This document shows, in pieces, positions 29,801 through 39,800 of a stretch of 64,000 nucleotides of DNA; positions within the stretch are counted from its first letter, which is position 1, and each line of letters opens with the position of its first letter. Source of the stretch: Eubacteriales bacterium (GTDB lineage: Bacteria; Bacillota; Clostridia; Oscillospirales; CAG-272); assembly GCA_045646925.1 (NCBI GenBank), contig JAZRLQ010000012.1, forward strand, positions 1,110-65,109, in the 5' to 3' direction. Made by a program: the position numbers and the translations under genes. The notes under the pieces are model-generated. The model worked only from the letters and a program-made list of their open reading frames with translations, did no database searches and had not been told where the DNA came from.

Positions 29801-30887
29801 TCCGTGGGTCAGAATTCGCCCCTTTTTTGATTCCGATCAAATTTTTCATCGTCACGGCAACGAACGGCGCAAGCAACATACCGCCGATACCGAACACCTT
29901 CAAGCCACAATACATCGCCATCAACATGACGAGCGGATGGATCCCCATTCCCGCGCCAAGCAATCTCGGCTCAAAGATCTGCCTTAAAACCGTAAGCACG
30001 AGGTACAGTACGCATATACCGATTCCATACGCAATATCCTTCAATATGAAATGATAGATCGCAAGCGGAAACAGAACGATCCCCATACCCACGATCGGAA
30101 GGCTGTCAACTGTCGCCGTGATCAGAGCAAACAAGAAGGCGTAGTCCTCCCCCAACAAAACGAATCCAAAAAACAAACCCGAAAAGGTAAACAAAAACAG
30201 CACGAAATACGATTTTGCAAATTGAAAAGCCGTATGTCTGACGACGTCTGCCGCCTTCACGAGCAATCTCCACCGCTTCTCCGGCAAATGCGTCTCAGCA
30301 AAGCGATATAATCTTTCGTAATCCACGCAAAAATAAACCGCAGACAAAACGGTGACGATAAAAAACAGAAATATCTCCGGAACGGCGGAAACCAGTTTTG
30401 CCGCGAACGCGGGAAATCGGGAAGCGGCAGAAACGAACAGATTCTTGATCGTATCGGAAAACGCCTGCGTCATGCTTTCCTTCAGCGCGGAAGCGCCGTT
30501 TCCCGAAACAAACGGCATCGATGAAAGCATGTCGCTCACATGACGAAAAATTCCGACGATATTTTCCAGCAAGCCCTGCTCTCCTCCAAGCGCTCCCGCC
30601 GCAAAAGCGCCGATCTCACTGACCGTCTTCCATAACAAAAAACCGAAAAGGCTCATGAAAGCGGAAACGGAAAGCACCGTCAGACTGACCGCCACGATCT
30701 TGTACGGAATCTTTAGAAACGAGGCGATCTTCTTCGACGGTCGGTACAAAAGAGACGCCGCCGTAAACGCAACCAGAAACGGAAGCAACGCCGCAAACAG
30801 ATATCGAAAAAAGATCACGATCGGTATGAGCGCAAGCAAGGCGTAGAATATAAACGAAAACACCTTCTTCGGCAGATCCATAGACAA
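29781..30887 (-). CDS. ytvI: AI-2E family transporter (YtvI-like sporulation integral membrane protein)
   Basis: 368 aa with about 8 TM segments and the AI-2E/PerM-type C-terminal half (PIVGMGIVLFPLAIY...GIHPLVMLMAMYCG). The symbol is tentative. Confidence 0.72.
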   Translation of the reverse strand: MSMDLPKKVFSFIFYALLALIPIVIFFRYLFAALLPFLVAFTAASLLYRPSKKIASFLKIPYKIVAVSLTVLSVSAFMSLFGFLLWKTVSEIGAFAAGALGGEQGLLENIVGIFRHVSDMLSSMPFVSGNGASALKESMTQAFSDTIKNLFVSAASRFPAFAAKLVSAVPEIFLFFIVTVLSAVYFCVDYERLYRFAETHLPEKRWRLLVKAADVVRHTAFQFAKSYFVLFLFTFSGLFFGFVLLGEDYAFLFALITATVDSLPIVGMGIVLFPLAIYHFILKDIAYGIGICVLYLVLTVLRQIFEPRLLGAGMGIHPLVMLMAMYCGLKVFGIGGMLLAPFVAVTMKNLIGIKKGANSDPRNAEKAA

Positions 30888-30989
30888 CAGCGAGCCTCCC
30901 TTCTGTAAAACGATATAATAGAGGATATTCAGAATCGGAGGAATTTATTCCGAAAATGCGAAATTTTTCCCATTTCGTCGTTTTTCGGC

Positions 30990-31025
30990 AAAAAAATATC
31001 GCGTGGGAACTGACCCACGCGATAT
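30990..31025 (-). terminator. intrinsic terminator after yloV
   Basis: ATATCGCGTGGG (30996-31007) pairs with CCCACGCGATAT (31014-31025), preceded by A7 on the + strand. Confidence 0.7.
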
Positions 31026-31040
31026 CGTGATGATACGGAT

Positions 31041-32711
31041 TTATTCAACTTCTACGGAAATAATATAGTCGTAAAGAGGCTGACCGCCGCGAGCAAGAAC
31101 AACTTCTGCATCGGGGGCAGCAGCAGCGATCATGTTGCAGATCTTATCCGCTTCGTATTCGGGAGCGTCTTCACCGTAGAAAATGGTGATGTACGTTGCG
31201 TTTTCCATGTAAGGAAGAAGCTTTTCGACGCATTCGGAGTTATCCGCGCCAACGGATTTGATCTTACCGCCGACAAGACCCATGGATTGACCGTTGCGAA
31301 CGGCGATACCGTCGATGTTTGCATCGCGAACCGCGTGTGTAACGGAAAGGGACTTGACGTTGCCGATCGCCTCGGACATTGCGTAAGTGTTGTCTTCTTC
31401 TTCTGCGGTTTCATCGAATGCGAGCAACGAAGCAACGCCTTCGGGAACGCTCTTCGTGTGAATAACGATGACCTTCTTTTCTTCGGAAGCTTCCGCAGCC
31501 TGCGTAGCGACCATGTCAATGTTCTTATTATTGGGAAGAACGTAAACGATCTCGGAGGGAGTCTTGTTTACGGCATCGAGGAGGTCCTGCATACTCGGGT
31601 TCATGGTCTGACCGCCAAATACGATATTGTCCACGCCGAAATCGCAGAACATATCACGGATACCGTCACCCATGCAAACGGAAACGAAGCCGTATTTCTT
31701 TTCGGGAGCGGCGATCGTAACCTTTTCTTCCTTGGGTTCTTCGACAGGAGCGGCTTCCGTCAGAGCAGAGTGCTGATTCTTCATATTTTCGATCTTGACG
31801 GTCACGAAGGAACCGAATGTCGTACCGATTTCGAGAACGAGACCGGGGTGATTGGTGTGGATGTGAAGCTTGATGATGTCTTCCGCGTCAACGAATACGA
31901 TGCTATCGCCGAGCTCTTCGATTCTTTCGTAGAATACGCGAGCCTTATTCTCACCGAAGAAACAATCGTATTTTTCAACGATGCATTCGGTGCAATACTG
32001 GAATTTGATATCGCCGGTATTGAAATCCGTGAAATCAGCCTTTTCGTTGATTTCTGCGGCGGGAACCTTGCCATCGTTGGATTTAACGGGCTTGCCGACC
32101 ATTGCGGCGAGCATACCGCGCAAAATGGTAACGAAGCCACAGCCGCCCGCGTCAACGACGCAAGCCTGCTTCAGAATGGGGAGCATTTCGGGAGTCTGAT
32201 CCAAGGTGATCTCAGCGGTTTTCAGGAGTTTTGCCATGAAGCCGGAAACGTTATCAACGTATTCATCCTTGTATTCGAGAGCATCCTCCGCGCATCTGCG
32301 CATAACGGTGAGGATCGTACCCTCTGCAGGATTCATAACGGCCTTGTACGCTTCTTCCTTACCGATCATGAACGCTTTTGCAAGAATTTCGGAATCGATG
32401 ACCTCGCAATCCTTGGTCGCTTTTGCGAATCCGCGGAAGAAAAGAGCGAGGATCGCGCCGGAGTTACCTCTCGCGGAGAGAAGAACGGCGCTTGCCGCCT
32501 TTGCGGCGCAATCAGAAACGGATTCCTGAGGCTTCATGCTCAGAACGGCGCCGATGGTGAGGCCCATGTTCGTACCCGTATCGCCGTCGGGTACGGGGAA
32601 TACGTTCAAGTCGTTGATCTGCTGCTTGTTGTTTTCAAGGCTGTTTGCCGCGGATACAAGCATTTCATAAAAAAGCTTGCCGTTGATAGTCTGGATGGGT
32701 GTCATAATCAC
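31041..32711 (-). CDS. yloV: DAK2-domain protein YloV
   Basis: 556 aa. VFPVPDGDTGTNM is the Dak phosphatase-type motif, followed by the C-terminal DegV-like/YloV domain. Confidence 0.9.
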   Translation of the reverse strand: MIMTPIQTINGKLFYEMLVSAANSLENNKQQINDLNVFPVPDGDTGTNMGLTIGAVLSMKPQESVSDCAAKAASAVLLSARGNSGAILALFFRGFAKATKDCEVIDSEILAKAFMIGKEEAYKAVMNPAEGTILTVMRRCAEDALEYKDEYVDNVSGFMAKLLKTAEITLDQTPEMLPILKQACVVDAGGCGFVTILRGMLAAMVGKPVKSNDGKVPAAEINEKADFTDFNTGDIKFQYCTECIVEKYDCFFGENKARVFYERIEELGDSIVFVDAEDIIKLHIHTNHPGLVLEIGTTFGSFVTVKIENMKNQHSALTEAAPVEEPKEEKVTIAAPEKKYGFVSVCMGDGIRDMFCDFGVDNIVFGGQTMNPSMQDLLDAVNKTPSEIVYVLPNNKNIDMVATQAAEASEEKKVIVIHTKSVPEGVASLLAFDETAEEEDNTYAMSEAIGNVKSLSVTHAVRDANIDGIAVRNGQSMGLVGGKIKSVGADNSECVEKLLPYMENATYITIFYGEDAPEYEADKICNMIAAAAPDAEVVLARGGQPLYDYIISVEVE

Positions 32712-32754
32712 AAATGCTTCCTTTCAATTTTTCTTGATACGGTATTTTTTGAAA

Positions 32755-33675
32755 TTATTCTTCAATAGTAGTTTCTTGTTCAGTAGTTTCTTCGGTAACG
32801 ATAGCCGCCGTTTCGGATTTCTTTCCGATAAAGAATACGGCGATCGCGCCGGGGCCGCAATGCGCGCCGAACGCGGGACCGATATCGGTAATGATCGTGT
32901 CCTTCACGTCCCATTTCGCGCGAAGCTTCATGTCAAAATTAACGGCGTCCTCCATGCAATCGCTATGGCTGATCATGACCGTGCTGTTTTCGGGATCGAA
33001 GGCAAGCTCGTCGAAGCGCTTCAGAAGCTCTTCCACAATGCCCTTTTTGCCTCTCGCCTTTCCCCACACGATCAGTTTGCCTTCTTCGTCCACCGTCAGA
33101 ATGGGTTTGATCATGAGAAGCGAGCCCACGAGCGCCGTTGCGGACGTAAGTCTTCCTCCTCTTTTCAGGAAGAAAAGATCGTCTACGGTAAACCAGGATT
33201 GCAAACGTTCTCTGATCTCACGGAGATACGCGCAATTTTCTTCGATATCCGCGCCCTCGTCCTTTTTGAGAGCCGCGAGATAAGCCACGAGACCGACGCC
33301 GCCGCAACCGCTTCGGCTGTCAATGCAATAGATTTTTCTTTCGGGGTATTCCGCCAAAAGCTCCGTTGCCGCCAAAAGACCCGCATTGAAGGTACCGCTG
33401 AGTCCCGCGGACATACCGATATAAATAATATCGTCGCCGTTCTCGAGCGTTTTCACAAAGCAGTTTTTGAACGACTGCATATTGATCGCGGAGGTGCGGA
33501 TCATCTTTTTTTCGCGTAGCTTTCTATAAAATTCAAAAATATCAATTTCGTTGGAAAGAATGTTTTTTTCGCCTTCGATATGAAGATTGGTCGGAATGAT
33601 CTCGATCTGATACTGCTCGATCAAATGCTCAGGCAGATTACAACCGAAATCGCAGATGATTTTATAACTGTTCAT
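32755..33675 (-). CDS. degV: DegV-family fatty-acid-binding protein
   Basis: 306 aa. The IICDFGCNLP start, SAINMQSF, GMSAGLSGT and CGPGAIAVFF are typical of DegV. An acidic Thr/Glu-rich tail is present. Confidence 0.9.
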   Translation of the reverse strand: MNSYKIICDFGCNLPEHLIEQYQIEIIPTNLHIEGEKNILSNEIDIFEFYRKLREKKMIRTSAINMQSFKNCFVKTLENGDDIIYIGMSAGLSGTFNAGLLAATELLAEYPERKIYCIDSRSGCGGVGLVAYLAALKKDEGADIEENCAYLREIRERLQSWFTVDDLFFLKRGGRLTSATALVGSLLMIKPILTVDEEGKLIVWGKARGKKGIVEELLKRFDELAFDPENSTVMISHSDCMEDAVNFDMKLRAKWDVKDTIITDIGPAFGAHCGPGAIAVFFIGKKSETAAIVTEETTEQETTIEE

Positions 33676-33815
33676 TGCGGTTCCCTTTCTTTACTGTTAA
33701 AATCGACTCCACCGTCAAAATCAGCTCCGACGGAAGGCGAAACTTCAATTTATACTGTATTTTTTATATAAACTAAAAATATAACGAATGTAAAAACGAA
33801 AAAGGGACAGCTTTT

Positions 33816-34760
33816 TTAAAATTTTTTATTTTTTTCTTCAAAAATCTGCATTGACAGAAAATCGAGGATATCCTGCCATACGATTTTCTTATCGATCTCG
33901 TTCAGTATTTCGTGGCGCATACCGGAATAGAGCTTGCGTGAAACATCCGTCACGCCTTCGGCGATCAACGCGGCGTAGACCTCTTCCACGCCTTTTCCGT
34001 AATTGCCGACGGGGTCCATATCACCCGATACGAGCAAAATGGGAAGATCCTTTCGGATGCCTGCAAACCAATCTTTTCGGTTGGAAGCACTTTGCAGACG
34101 GATCAGATCGCACATGGCGGCAACCGTAAACGAAAACTCACAAAACGGATCGCCGTCGCGCTTTTCCAATTCCTTTTCGTCGCGGGTCAGCCATGCGAAC
34201 GGATGGTCACTGTTCATTCTCTTATTATAGGAAGAAAATGCGACCGCCAGAACGAATTTCGAGACGAACCGCTCCCCTCGTACTTTTCGGATGATCCGAG
34301 ATACGATCAATCCGGGAAGAGAGAGTGGATTTTTTCCGCTCGTTCCCATCACGATCAACGCCCGACATACGTCCGGATACGCTTGCGCCGTCAATCGCGC
34401 GATGAAGGAGCCCATACTATGCCCCATAAGGAAAAACGGAAGCTCCGGATAATCCGATTTGATCGTGCATCCGAATGCATAAAGATCGTCGCACACGATC
34501 CGATAGCCGTCCTTTTTTGCGAAATAACCGAAGTCGCCATCCGACTCGGCGGTTCGTCCGTGGCCCAGATGATCGTGTCCGCATACGATGAATCCGTTTT
34601 CCGCAAGATACGTCATGAAGGGCTCGTATCGTCCGATATGCTCCGTCATACCGTGCGCGATCTGCAGGATCGCCTTCGGATGCTCGGGAACGAATACGAC
34701 ACCTCGCAAAGTATGTACGCCGTCAGTGGAGAGAATGTCTTTGTTTATTTTTTGAATCAT
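33816..34760 (-). CDS. alpha/beta hydrolase, lysophospholipase / monoacylglycerol-lipase type
   Basis: 314 aa. It has the HGMTEH oxyanion region, the GHSMGS nucleophile elbow and C-terminal GMRHEILNE. It lies immediately downstream of glpK. Confidence 0.8.
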   Translation of the reverse strand: MIQKINKDILSTDGVHTLRGVVFVPEHPKAILQIAHGMTEHIGRYEPFMTYLAENGFIVCGHDHLGHGRTAESDGDFGYFAKKDGYRIVCDDLYAFGCTIKSDYPELPFFLMGHSMGSFIARLTAQAYPDVCRALIVMGTSGKNPLSLPGLIVSRIIRKVRGERFVSKFVLAVAFSSYNKRMNSDHPFAWLTRDEKELEKRDGDPFCEFSFTVAAMCDLIRLQSASNRKDWFAGIRKDLPILLVSGDMDPVGNYGKGVEEVYAALIAEGVTDVSRKLYSGMRHEILNEIDKKIVWQDILDFLSMQIFEEKNKKF

Positions 34761-34772
34761 AGCACCACCGTC

Positions 34773-36269
34773 CTATTCTTCCTGCTCGGAGTGATAGATC
34801 GCGGTTTTGACCGCTTTTTTCCATCCGCGCAGATTCTTCGCTCTCGTTTCCTCGGACATGGATGGTTCGATCATATCGGACTCTCTGCCGAGAGAAGAAA
34901 GCTCCGCTCTGTCCTTCCAGAAGCCTCGGTACAGTCCCGCCAAAAATGCCGCGCCGAGCGCCGTCGCCTCTGCGTCCTTAAACCTTTGCACCTGAATATT
35001 CGAAATATCCGCCTGAAATTTCATAAGAAACGGATTTTTGGAAGCGCCACCGTCCGCCTTCAGCGAACGCATGGGAATTCCGACGGCTTTTTTCATCGCG
35101 TTCAGAATATCCTCGGTCTGATAAGCCACGGATTCCAAGGAGGCGCGGATGATGTGATTTTTTCCGCTTCCTCTCGTCAGCCCCGTGATCATGCCCTTGG
35201 CTCTCATGTTCCAATACGGAGCGCCGAGTCCCACGAACGCGGGTACGACGTAAACGCCGCCGTTATCGACCGTCTTCTGCGCGAAATAAGCGGAATCCTC
35301 GGAATGACGGATCAGCTCCAGCTCGTCACGCACCCATTGGATCACCGCGCCGCCGACGAAAACACTGCCCTCCAGCGCATATTCGGGAGGCCGTCCCTTT
35401 TCCGTTGCCGCAAGCGTGACGATCAACCCCTCGTCGTTGGGGCGGGGCGTACAGCCCGTATTCATGAGAAGGAAGCAACCCGTTCCGTACGTGTTTTTCG
35501 CGTCGCCCTCGTCAAAGCAAGTCTGCCCGAAAAGCGCCGCCTGCTGATCCCCCGCGACACCGCAGATAGGGATATCTTCCCCAAGAAAATTGACGAAGCC
35601 GTAATCGTCCGCGCTCATTCTGACCTCGGGAAGCATGGAACGTGGGATACCGAAGATCTTCAGCAATTCCTCGTCCCAATCGCACGTATGAATATTGAAA
35701 AGCATGGTTCTGGAGGCGTTGGTAACGTCCGTTGCGTGAACCTTTCCTTTCGTCAGATTCCAGATGAGCCACGTGTCCATCGTGCCAAACAGAAGCTCTT
35801 CGCGTTCGGCGGCTTCTCTCGCACCCTCTGCGTGATCAAGGATCCAACGGATCTTGGAAGCAGAGAAATAAGCGTCGATGGGAAGGCCCGTCTTCTCTCT
35901 GATCAATTCACCGTAGCCATCGCTTTTCAGCTTTTCGCAAAAATCGAGCGTCCGTCGGCATTGCCAGACGATCGCGCCGTGGACGGGACGCCCCGTATTC
36001 TTATTCCAGACGACAGTCGTTTCTCGCTGGTTCGTGATCCCGATCGCTTCGATCTCATCGGGAGCAACTCCCGCGGAAATGACCGCCTCCGTCATGACGG
36101 CGTATTGCGCGGCGTAGATCTCGCTCGCGTCATGCTCGACCCATCCTGACTTTGGATAGCGCTGGGCAAATTCCTTTTGCGCCTTGGAAACGATGCTGCC
36201 ACTGCGGTCGAAAAGAATCGCTCGCGTACTCGTCGTACCCTCGTCAAGCGCAAGAATATACTTCTTCAT
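34773..36269 (-). CDS. glpK: glycerol kinase
   Basis: 498 aa. MKKYILALDEGTTSTRAILFD, GWVEHD, ITNQRETTVVW and GDQQAALFGQ are present. Confidence 0.97.
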   Translation of the reverse strand: MKKYILALDEGTTSTRAILFDRSGSIVSKAQKEFAQRYPKSGWVEHDASEIYAAQYAVMTEAVISAGVAPDEIEAIGITNQRETTVVWNKNTGRPVHGAIVWQCRRTLDFCEKLKSDGYGELIREKTGLPIDAYFSASKIRWILDHAEGAREAAEREELLFGTMDTWLIWNLTKGKVHATDVTNASRTMLFNIHTCDWDEELLKIFGIPRSMLPEVRMSADDYGFVNFLGEDIPICGVAGDQQAALFGQTCFDEGDAKNTYGTGCFLLMNTGCTPRPNDEGLIVTLAATEKGRPPEYALEGSVFVGGAVIQWVRDELELIRHSEDSAYFAQKTVDNGGVYVVPAFVGLGAPYWNMRAKGMITGLTRGSGKNHIIRASLESVAYQTEDILNAMKKAVGIPMRSLKADGGASKNPFLMKFQADISNIQVQRFKDAEATALGAAFLAGLYRGFWKDRAELSSLGRESDMIEPSMSEETRAKNLRGWKKAVKTAIYHSEQEE

Positions 36270-36445
36270 ATACGGACCCCCCCTTTTTACAGTTTGATAA
36301 TTATATTATAACGCATAATGCGAAAAAATGCAAAACTTTTTTAGTGATTTTCTTTGTATTCATGTAAATGTTTTTCTCCTATTTTTGTCATATTGACGAA
36401 ATTCAAGTTTTTGTTCCAAATGAAGAAACAAAAATTCGTAAAAGA

Positions 36446-36474
36446 TTGACAACGGAGTCGTTTTATGGTATAAT
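36446..36474 (+). promoter_or_regulatory. sigmaA promoter driving the Mn riboswitch and mntP
   Basis: TTGACA (36446-36451), a 17-nt spacer, then TGgTATAAT (-10 at 36469-36474). Confidence 0.75.
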
Positions 36475-36481
36475 AAATTCT

Positions 36482-36650
36482 ATGAGGGAGTAGCGAGCGC
36501 ATACTTTTGCGTAACAAGTCAACATACTGACCGTTTTCGGTCTGGCTTGTTTTCAATTGCGAGACTCATGTATAACTGCGAAGTGTACATGGAGTCTTTA
36601 TATCCCGATCGACGTTCCGGTACAGTATCGCTGTGACCGGATTTTTTGTT
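36482..36650 (+). promoter_or_regulatory. yybP-ykoY manganese riboswitch (aptamer about 36482-36569) with terminator expression platform
   Basis: ATGAGGGAGTAGCGAGCGCATAC...GTCAACATACTGACC...TTGCGAGACTCAT carries the conserved GGGAGUAG, GUCAACAUAC and GAGAC blocks, with closing P1 ATGAG/CTCAT. The CCGGTACAG...CTGTGACCGG stem plus T6 at 36617-36647 follows. The downstream gene is mntP, the classic context. Confidence 0.85.
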
Positions 36651-36707
36651 GCAAAAAACCGGAAGAAAATAAAATGAAAAGCGGCAATGCCGCAGGAGGA
36701 CGTTTCA

Positions 36708-37292
36708 ATGAATCTCGGATGGGATTTTTTCTTTCTTAGCATTATGCTTGGCGTAGGTCTCGCCATGGACGCATTTTCCGTTTCCCTTGCAAACGGATTG
36801 AACGAGCCGAAAATGAAATTCAGCAAAATGCTCGGCGTTGCCGGTCTGTTTGCTTTCTTTCAGGCGCTCATGCCTCTGATCGGATGGATCTGTATTCACA
36901 CGGTCGTTCAGTATTTTGCCGCTTTTGAACAGTTTATTCCGTGGATCGCGCTTGCGCTGCTCGGCTATATCGGCACGAAAATGCTCATTGACGGCATAAG
37001 GTGCAACTGTTGTGAGGACGATTGCCGCGCGGTCACCTTCGGCGCTCTGATCATTCAGGGCATCGCGACCTCGATCGACGCGCTTTCCGTCGGCTTCACC
37101 ATCGCTGACTACAATCTCGGCGAAGCGCTTCTCGCCGCTTTCGTGATCGCTGCAGTCACCTTCGTCATATGCTTTGGCGGTATCATCATCGGTAAGAAGG
37201 TCGGAACCAAGCTGGCAGGTAAAGCGGGCATCTTCGGCGGCGCCATCCTCATCTTCATCGGTCTCGAGATCTTTATCACGAGCTTTATTTGA
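36708..37292 (+). CDS. mntP: manganese efflux pump MntP
   Basis: MNLGWDFFFLSIMLGVGLAMDAFSVSLANGL...GIATSIDALSVGF shows the two DUF204 repeats. RBS GGAGGA lies upstream. I chose the ATG at 36708. Confidence 0.9.
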   Translation: MNLGWDFFFLSIMLGVGLAMDAFSVSLANGLNEPKMKFSKMLGVAGLFAFFQALMPLIGWICIHTVVQYFAAFEQFIPWIALALLGYIGTKMLIDGIRCNCCEDDCRAVTFGALIIQGIATSIDALSVGFTIADYNLGEALLAAFVIAAVTFVICFGGIIIGKKVGTKLAGKAGIFGGAILIFIGLEIFITSFI

Positions 37293-37452
37293 CAAAAAAT
37301 GGAATTTCTTCCTCGCGGAAGGAATTCCGTTTTTTCATCTCTATAAAATTTGAAAGAAATCAAAAAATTTTCAAAATGCTCTGTTATTTTCAGATATTTT
37401 GTGATAGAATAGATATGTACGATATTACTATAATAGAAAGGAAGGTACAGAC

Positions 37453-37848
37453 ATGCCGAAATACAGACGTGCAAGAATCAACGACGAAGTTTCACGCGTC
37501 ATCGCGGAAGCACTCCGCGATGTCAAGGATCCCCGCGTGAGAGACGAAATGATCACCATCACCAGTTGCGACGTATCGGGCGATCTGAAATTTGCAAAGG
37601 TTTATTTCTCCGTTTACGGCGTAAAACAAGAAAATATCAAAGAAATCAAAAAGGGGCTGTACAGCGCCGCGGGCTTTCTCCGCCGCGCGATCGCGGAAAA
37701 GATCAATCTGCGTATCACGCCCGAGCTCAACTTTGAATACGACAACGCAATGGAACGCGGCGCAAACATTTCCGAGCTTTTGAAAAAAGCCTCCATTCCC
37801 GAAGAGATCGCAACCGATTCCTTTGAGGATGAAGACTCGTCATTTTGA
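37453..37848 (+). CDS. rbfA: ribosome-binding factor A
   Basis: MPKYRRARINDEVSRVIAEALRDVKDPRV...ITSCDVSGDLKFAKVYFSV...TPELNFEYD. Confidence 0.93.
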   Translation: MPKYRRARINDEVSRVIAEALRDVKDPRVRDEMITITSCDVSGDLKFAKVYFSVYGVKQENIKEIKKGLYSAAGFLRRAIAEKINLRITPELNFEYDNAMERGANISELLKKASIPEEIATDSFEDEDSSF

Positions 37849-38840
37849 TGAAAGGACGGTCGGAAGCTATGAATAACATCACCATCCACGGTATCTGCAA
37901 GGCGCTTCTGAAGCACGACAATTTTCTCGTCTTCACACACAAAAATCCCGACGCGGATACCATCGGCTCCTGCTTTGCGCTGATCGTCACGCTCCGTCTT
38001 CTCGGAAAAACCGTATATCCCGCCTGCTGCGACAGAATCCCCGCTTCGCTCGCCTTCATGACCGAGGGCAATCGCGAATTTCATATTGAAAACGCACCTG
38101 CGGACTTCAAGCCCGAATATTACATCAGCGTGGACGTTGCCTCGACCGCGCAGCTCGGCTCCTATCGGGATTACGCGAAGAAGATCGATCTCTCGCTCGA
38201 TCATCACGCAACGCACGAAAATTTCTCGAAGCATTACCTGACGGATGCGCACGCGGCGGCTTGCGCAGAGATCGTTTACCACGTGGTCAATCGTCTTCTC
38301 AGCGGTAACATCACGGAGCGGATCGCTTCCCTGCTTTACGCGGCGCTCGCCGCTGATACGGGCGGCTTCCGTTACGCCAATACGACTCCCGTCACACATA
38401 AGATCGCGGCAAATCTGATCGAAAAGGGCGCGTCTCACGCCGAGATCTGCCGCAATCTCTTCGAATGCAAAACGAAAACGGCGCTCGCCGCAGAAGCCTT
38501 TGCCATGGCAAACGTTTCCTATCGTTGCGCAGGAAAGATCTCCCACGTCAAGATCACCAAGGAAGACAAACGCGCGCACGGCTTCGAGGACGAAGATACG
38601 TACGACGTGATCAACGTCATCCGACGCGTAGACGGCGTTAAGGTAGCCATTCTCATGCGCGAGAAGGATGACGGCACCTACAAGATCTCCACCCGCTCCG
38701 CAGGCGAGGTCGACGTTTCGAAGATCTGCGCGATCTTCGGTGGCGGCGGTCACGCAGGCGCCGCAGGCTGCAGCGTTTCTCCCGAAATGGCGGATGCAGC
38801 GCTCGAACGAATCATAAAGGAATGCGGCTTCCATGAGTGA
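37845..38840 (+). CDS. nrnA: DHH/DHHA1-family phosphoesterase (NrnA-type oligoribonuclease / pAp phosphatase)
   Basis: FTHKNPDADTIGS, LDHHATH and GGGHAGAAG motifs are present. The start overlaps the rbfA stop. Confidence 0.85.
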   Translation: MMKGRSEAMNNITIHGICKALLKHDNFLVFTHKNPDADTIGSCFALIVTLRLLGKTVYPACCDRIPASLAFMTEGNREFHIENAPADFKPEYYISVDVASTAQLGSYRDYAKKIDLSLDHHATHENFSKHYLTDAHAAACAEIVYHVVNRLLSGNITERIASLLYAALAADTGGFRYANTTPVTHKIAANLIEKGASHAEICRNLFECKTKTALAAEAFAMANVSYRCAGKISHVKITKEDKRAHGFEDEDTYDVINVIRRVDGVKVAILMREKDDGTYKISTRSAGEVDVSKICAIFGGGGHAGAAGCSVSPEMADAALERIIKECGFHE

Positions 38841-39732
38841 CGGCGTTCTTCTTATTCATAAACCCTACGGCGTAACGTCCTTTGACGTGGTCGCGCGCAT
38901 ACGCCGTCTTTATGGGACAAGACAGGTCGGACACACCGGCACGCTTGATCCCATCGCCACGGGACTTCTCCCCGTCCTCGTCGGCAGAGCCGTAAAGGCA
39001 TCCGAGTTTTTGACAGAAAAGGATAAGGAATACGTCGCGGGACTCCGACTCGGTCTGACCACCGACAGTGAGGACGTCACGGGAAATATTCTCACGACAA
39101 GCGACGATATCCCGTCGTGCGAGACCGTTTTTTCGACGGCAAAGCAATTCGTCGGAGAGATCATGCAGATTCCCCCGATGTACAGCGCGCTGAAGGTCGG
39201 CGGTGAAAAGCTCGTCGATCTCGCCAGACGCGGCATTGTCATTGAAAGAGAGGCTCGTCCGATCACCGTTCACGAGCTGGACATTGAGGGCGACGGCGCG
39301 GATTATACCATGCGCGTCTTCTGCTCCAAGGGAACGTATATCCGCACGCTTTGCGCCGATATCGGAAGCAAGCTCGGTTGCGGCGGCGTGATGTCTTCTT
39401 TAATACGCACAAAAACGGGCGCGTTTTCTCTCGAAAACGCATATACACTCGAGGCTCTGGAGGCAATGACACCCGAAGAGCGCGGCTCGGTGCTTCTCCA
39501 CACGGAAACGCTCTTTGAGCATTTGCCGAAGGTCACGCTCGGAGATTTCTTTGCGGGACTTTCGCGCAACGGCTGTGAGATCTATCAGAGAAAGATCGGA
39601 ACCGATTTCTCTTTGCAAACAAAGCTCCGCGTCTACGACAAAAAGGGCTTTTACGCCATCGGAGAGGTTCGCGAGTACCCCGACGGATCTGCGATCAAGC
39701 TTCTGAAAAGATTTGATATTCCGGGAAAATAA
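38833..39732 (+). CDS. truB: tRNA pseudouridine(55) synthase
   Basis: GVLLIHKPYGVTSFDVV...GHTGTLDPIATGLLPVLVG (catalytic Asp)...IPPMYSALKVGG. Confidence 0.95.
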   Translation: MSDGVLLIHKPYGVTSFDVVARIRRLYGTRQVGHTGTLDPIATGLLPVLVGRAVKASEFLTEKDKEYVAGLRLGLTTDSEDVTGNILTTSDDIPSCETVFSTAKQFVGEIMQIPPMYSALKVGGEKLVDLARRGIVIEREARPITVHELDIEGDGADYTMRVFCSKGTYIRTLCADIGSKLGCGGVMSSLIRTKTGAFSLENAYTLEALEAMTPEERGSVLLHTETLFEHLPKVTLGDFFAGLSRNGCEIYQRKIGTDFSLQTKLRVYDKKGFYAIGEVREYPDGSAIKLLKRFDIPGK

Positions 39733-39742
39733 CGTATATGTA

Positions 39743-39770
39743 AAGAGCAAGCCAAGGCTTGCTCTTTTCT
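39743..39770 (+). terminator. intrinsic terminator after truB
   Basis: AAGAGCAAGCC (39743-39753) pairs with GGCTTGCTCTT (39756-39766), followed by TTCT. Confidence 0.7.
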
Positions 39771-39800
39771 ATTATCATACAGAATCATTTCAATCGCTTT

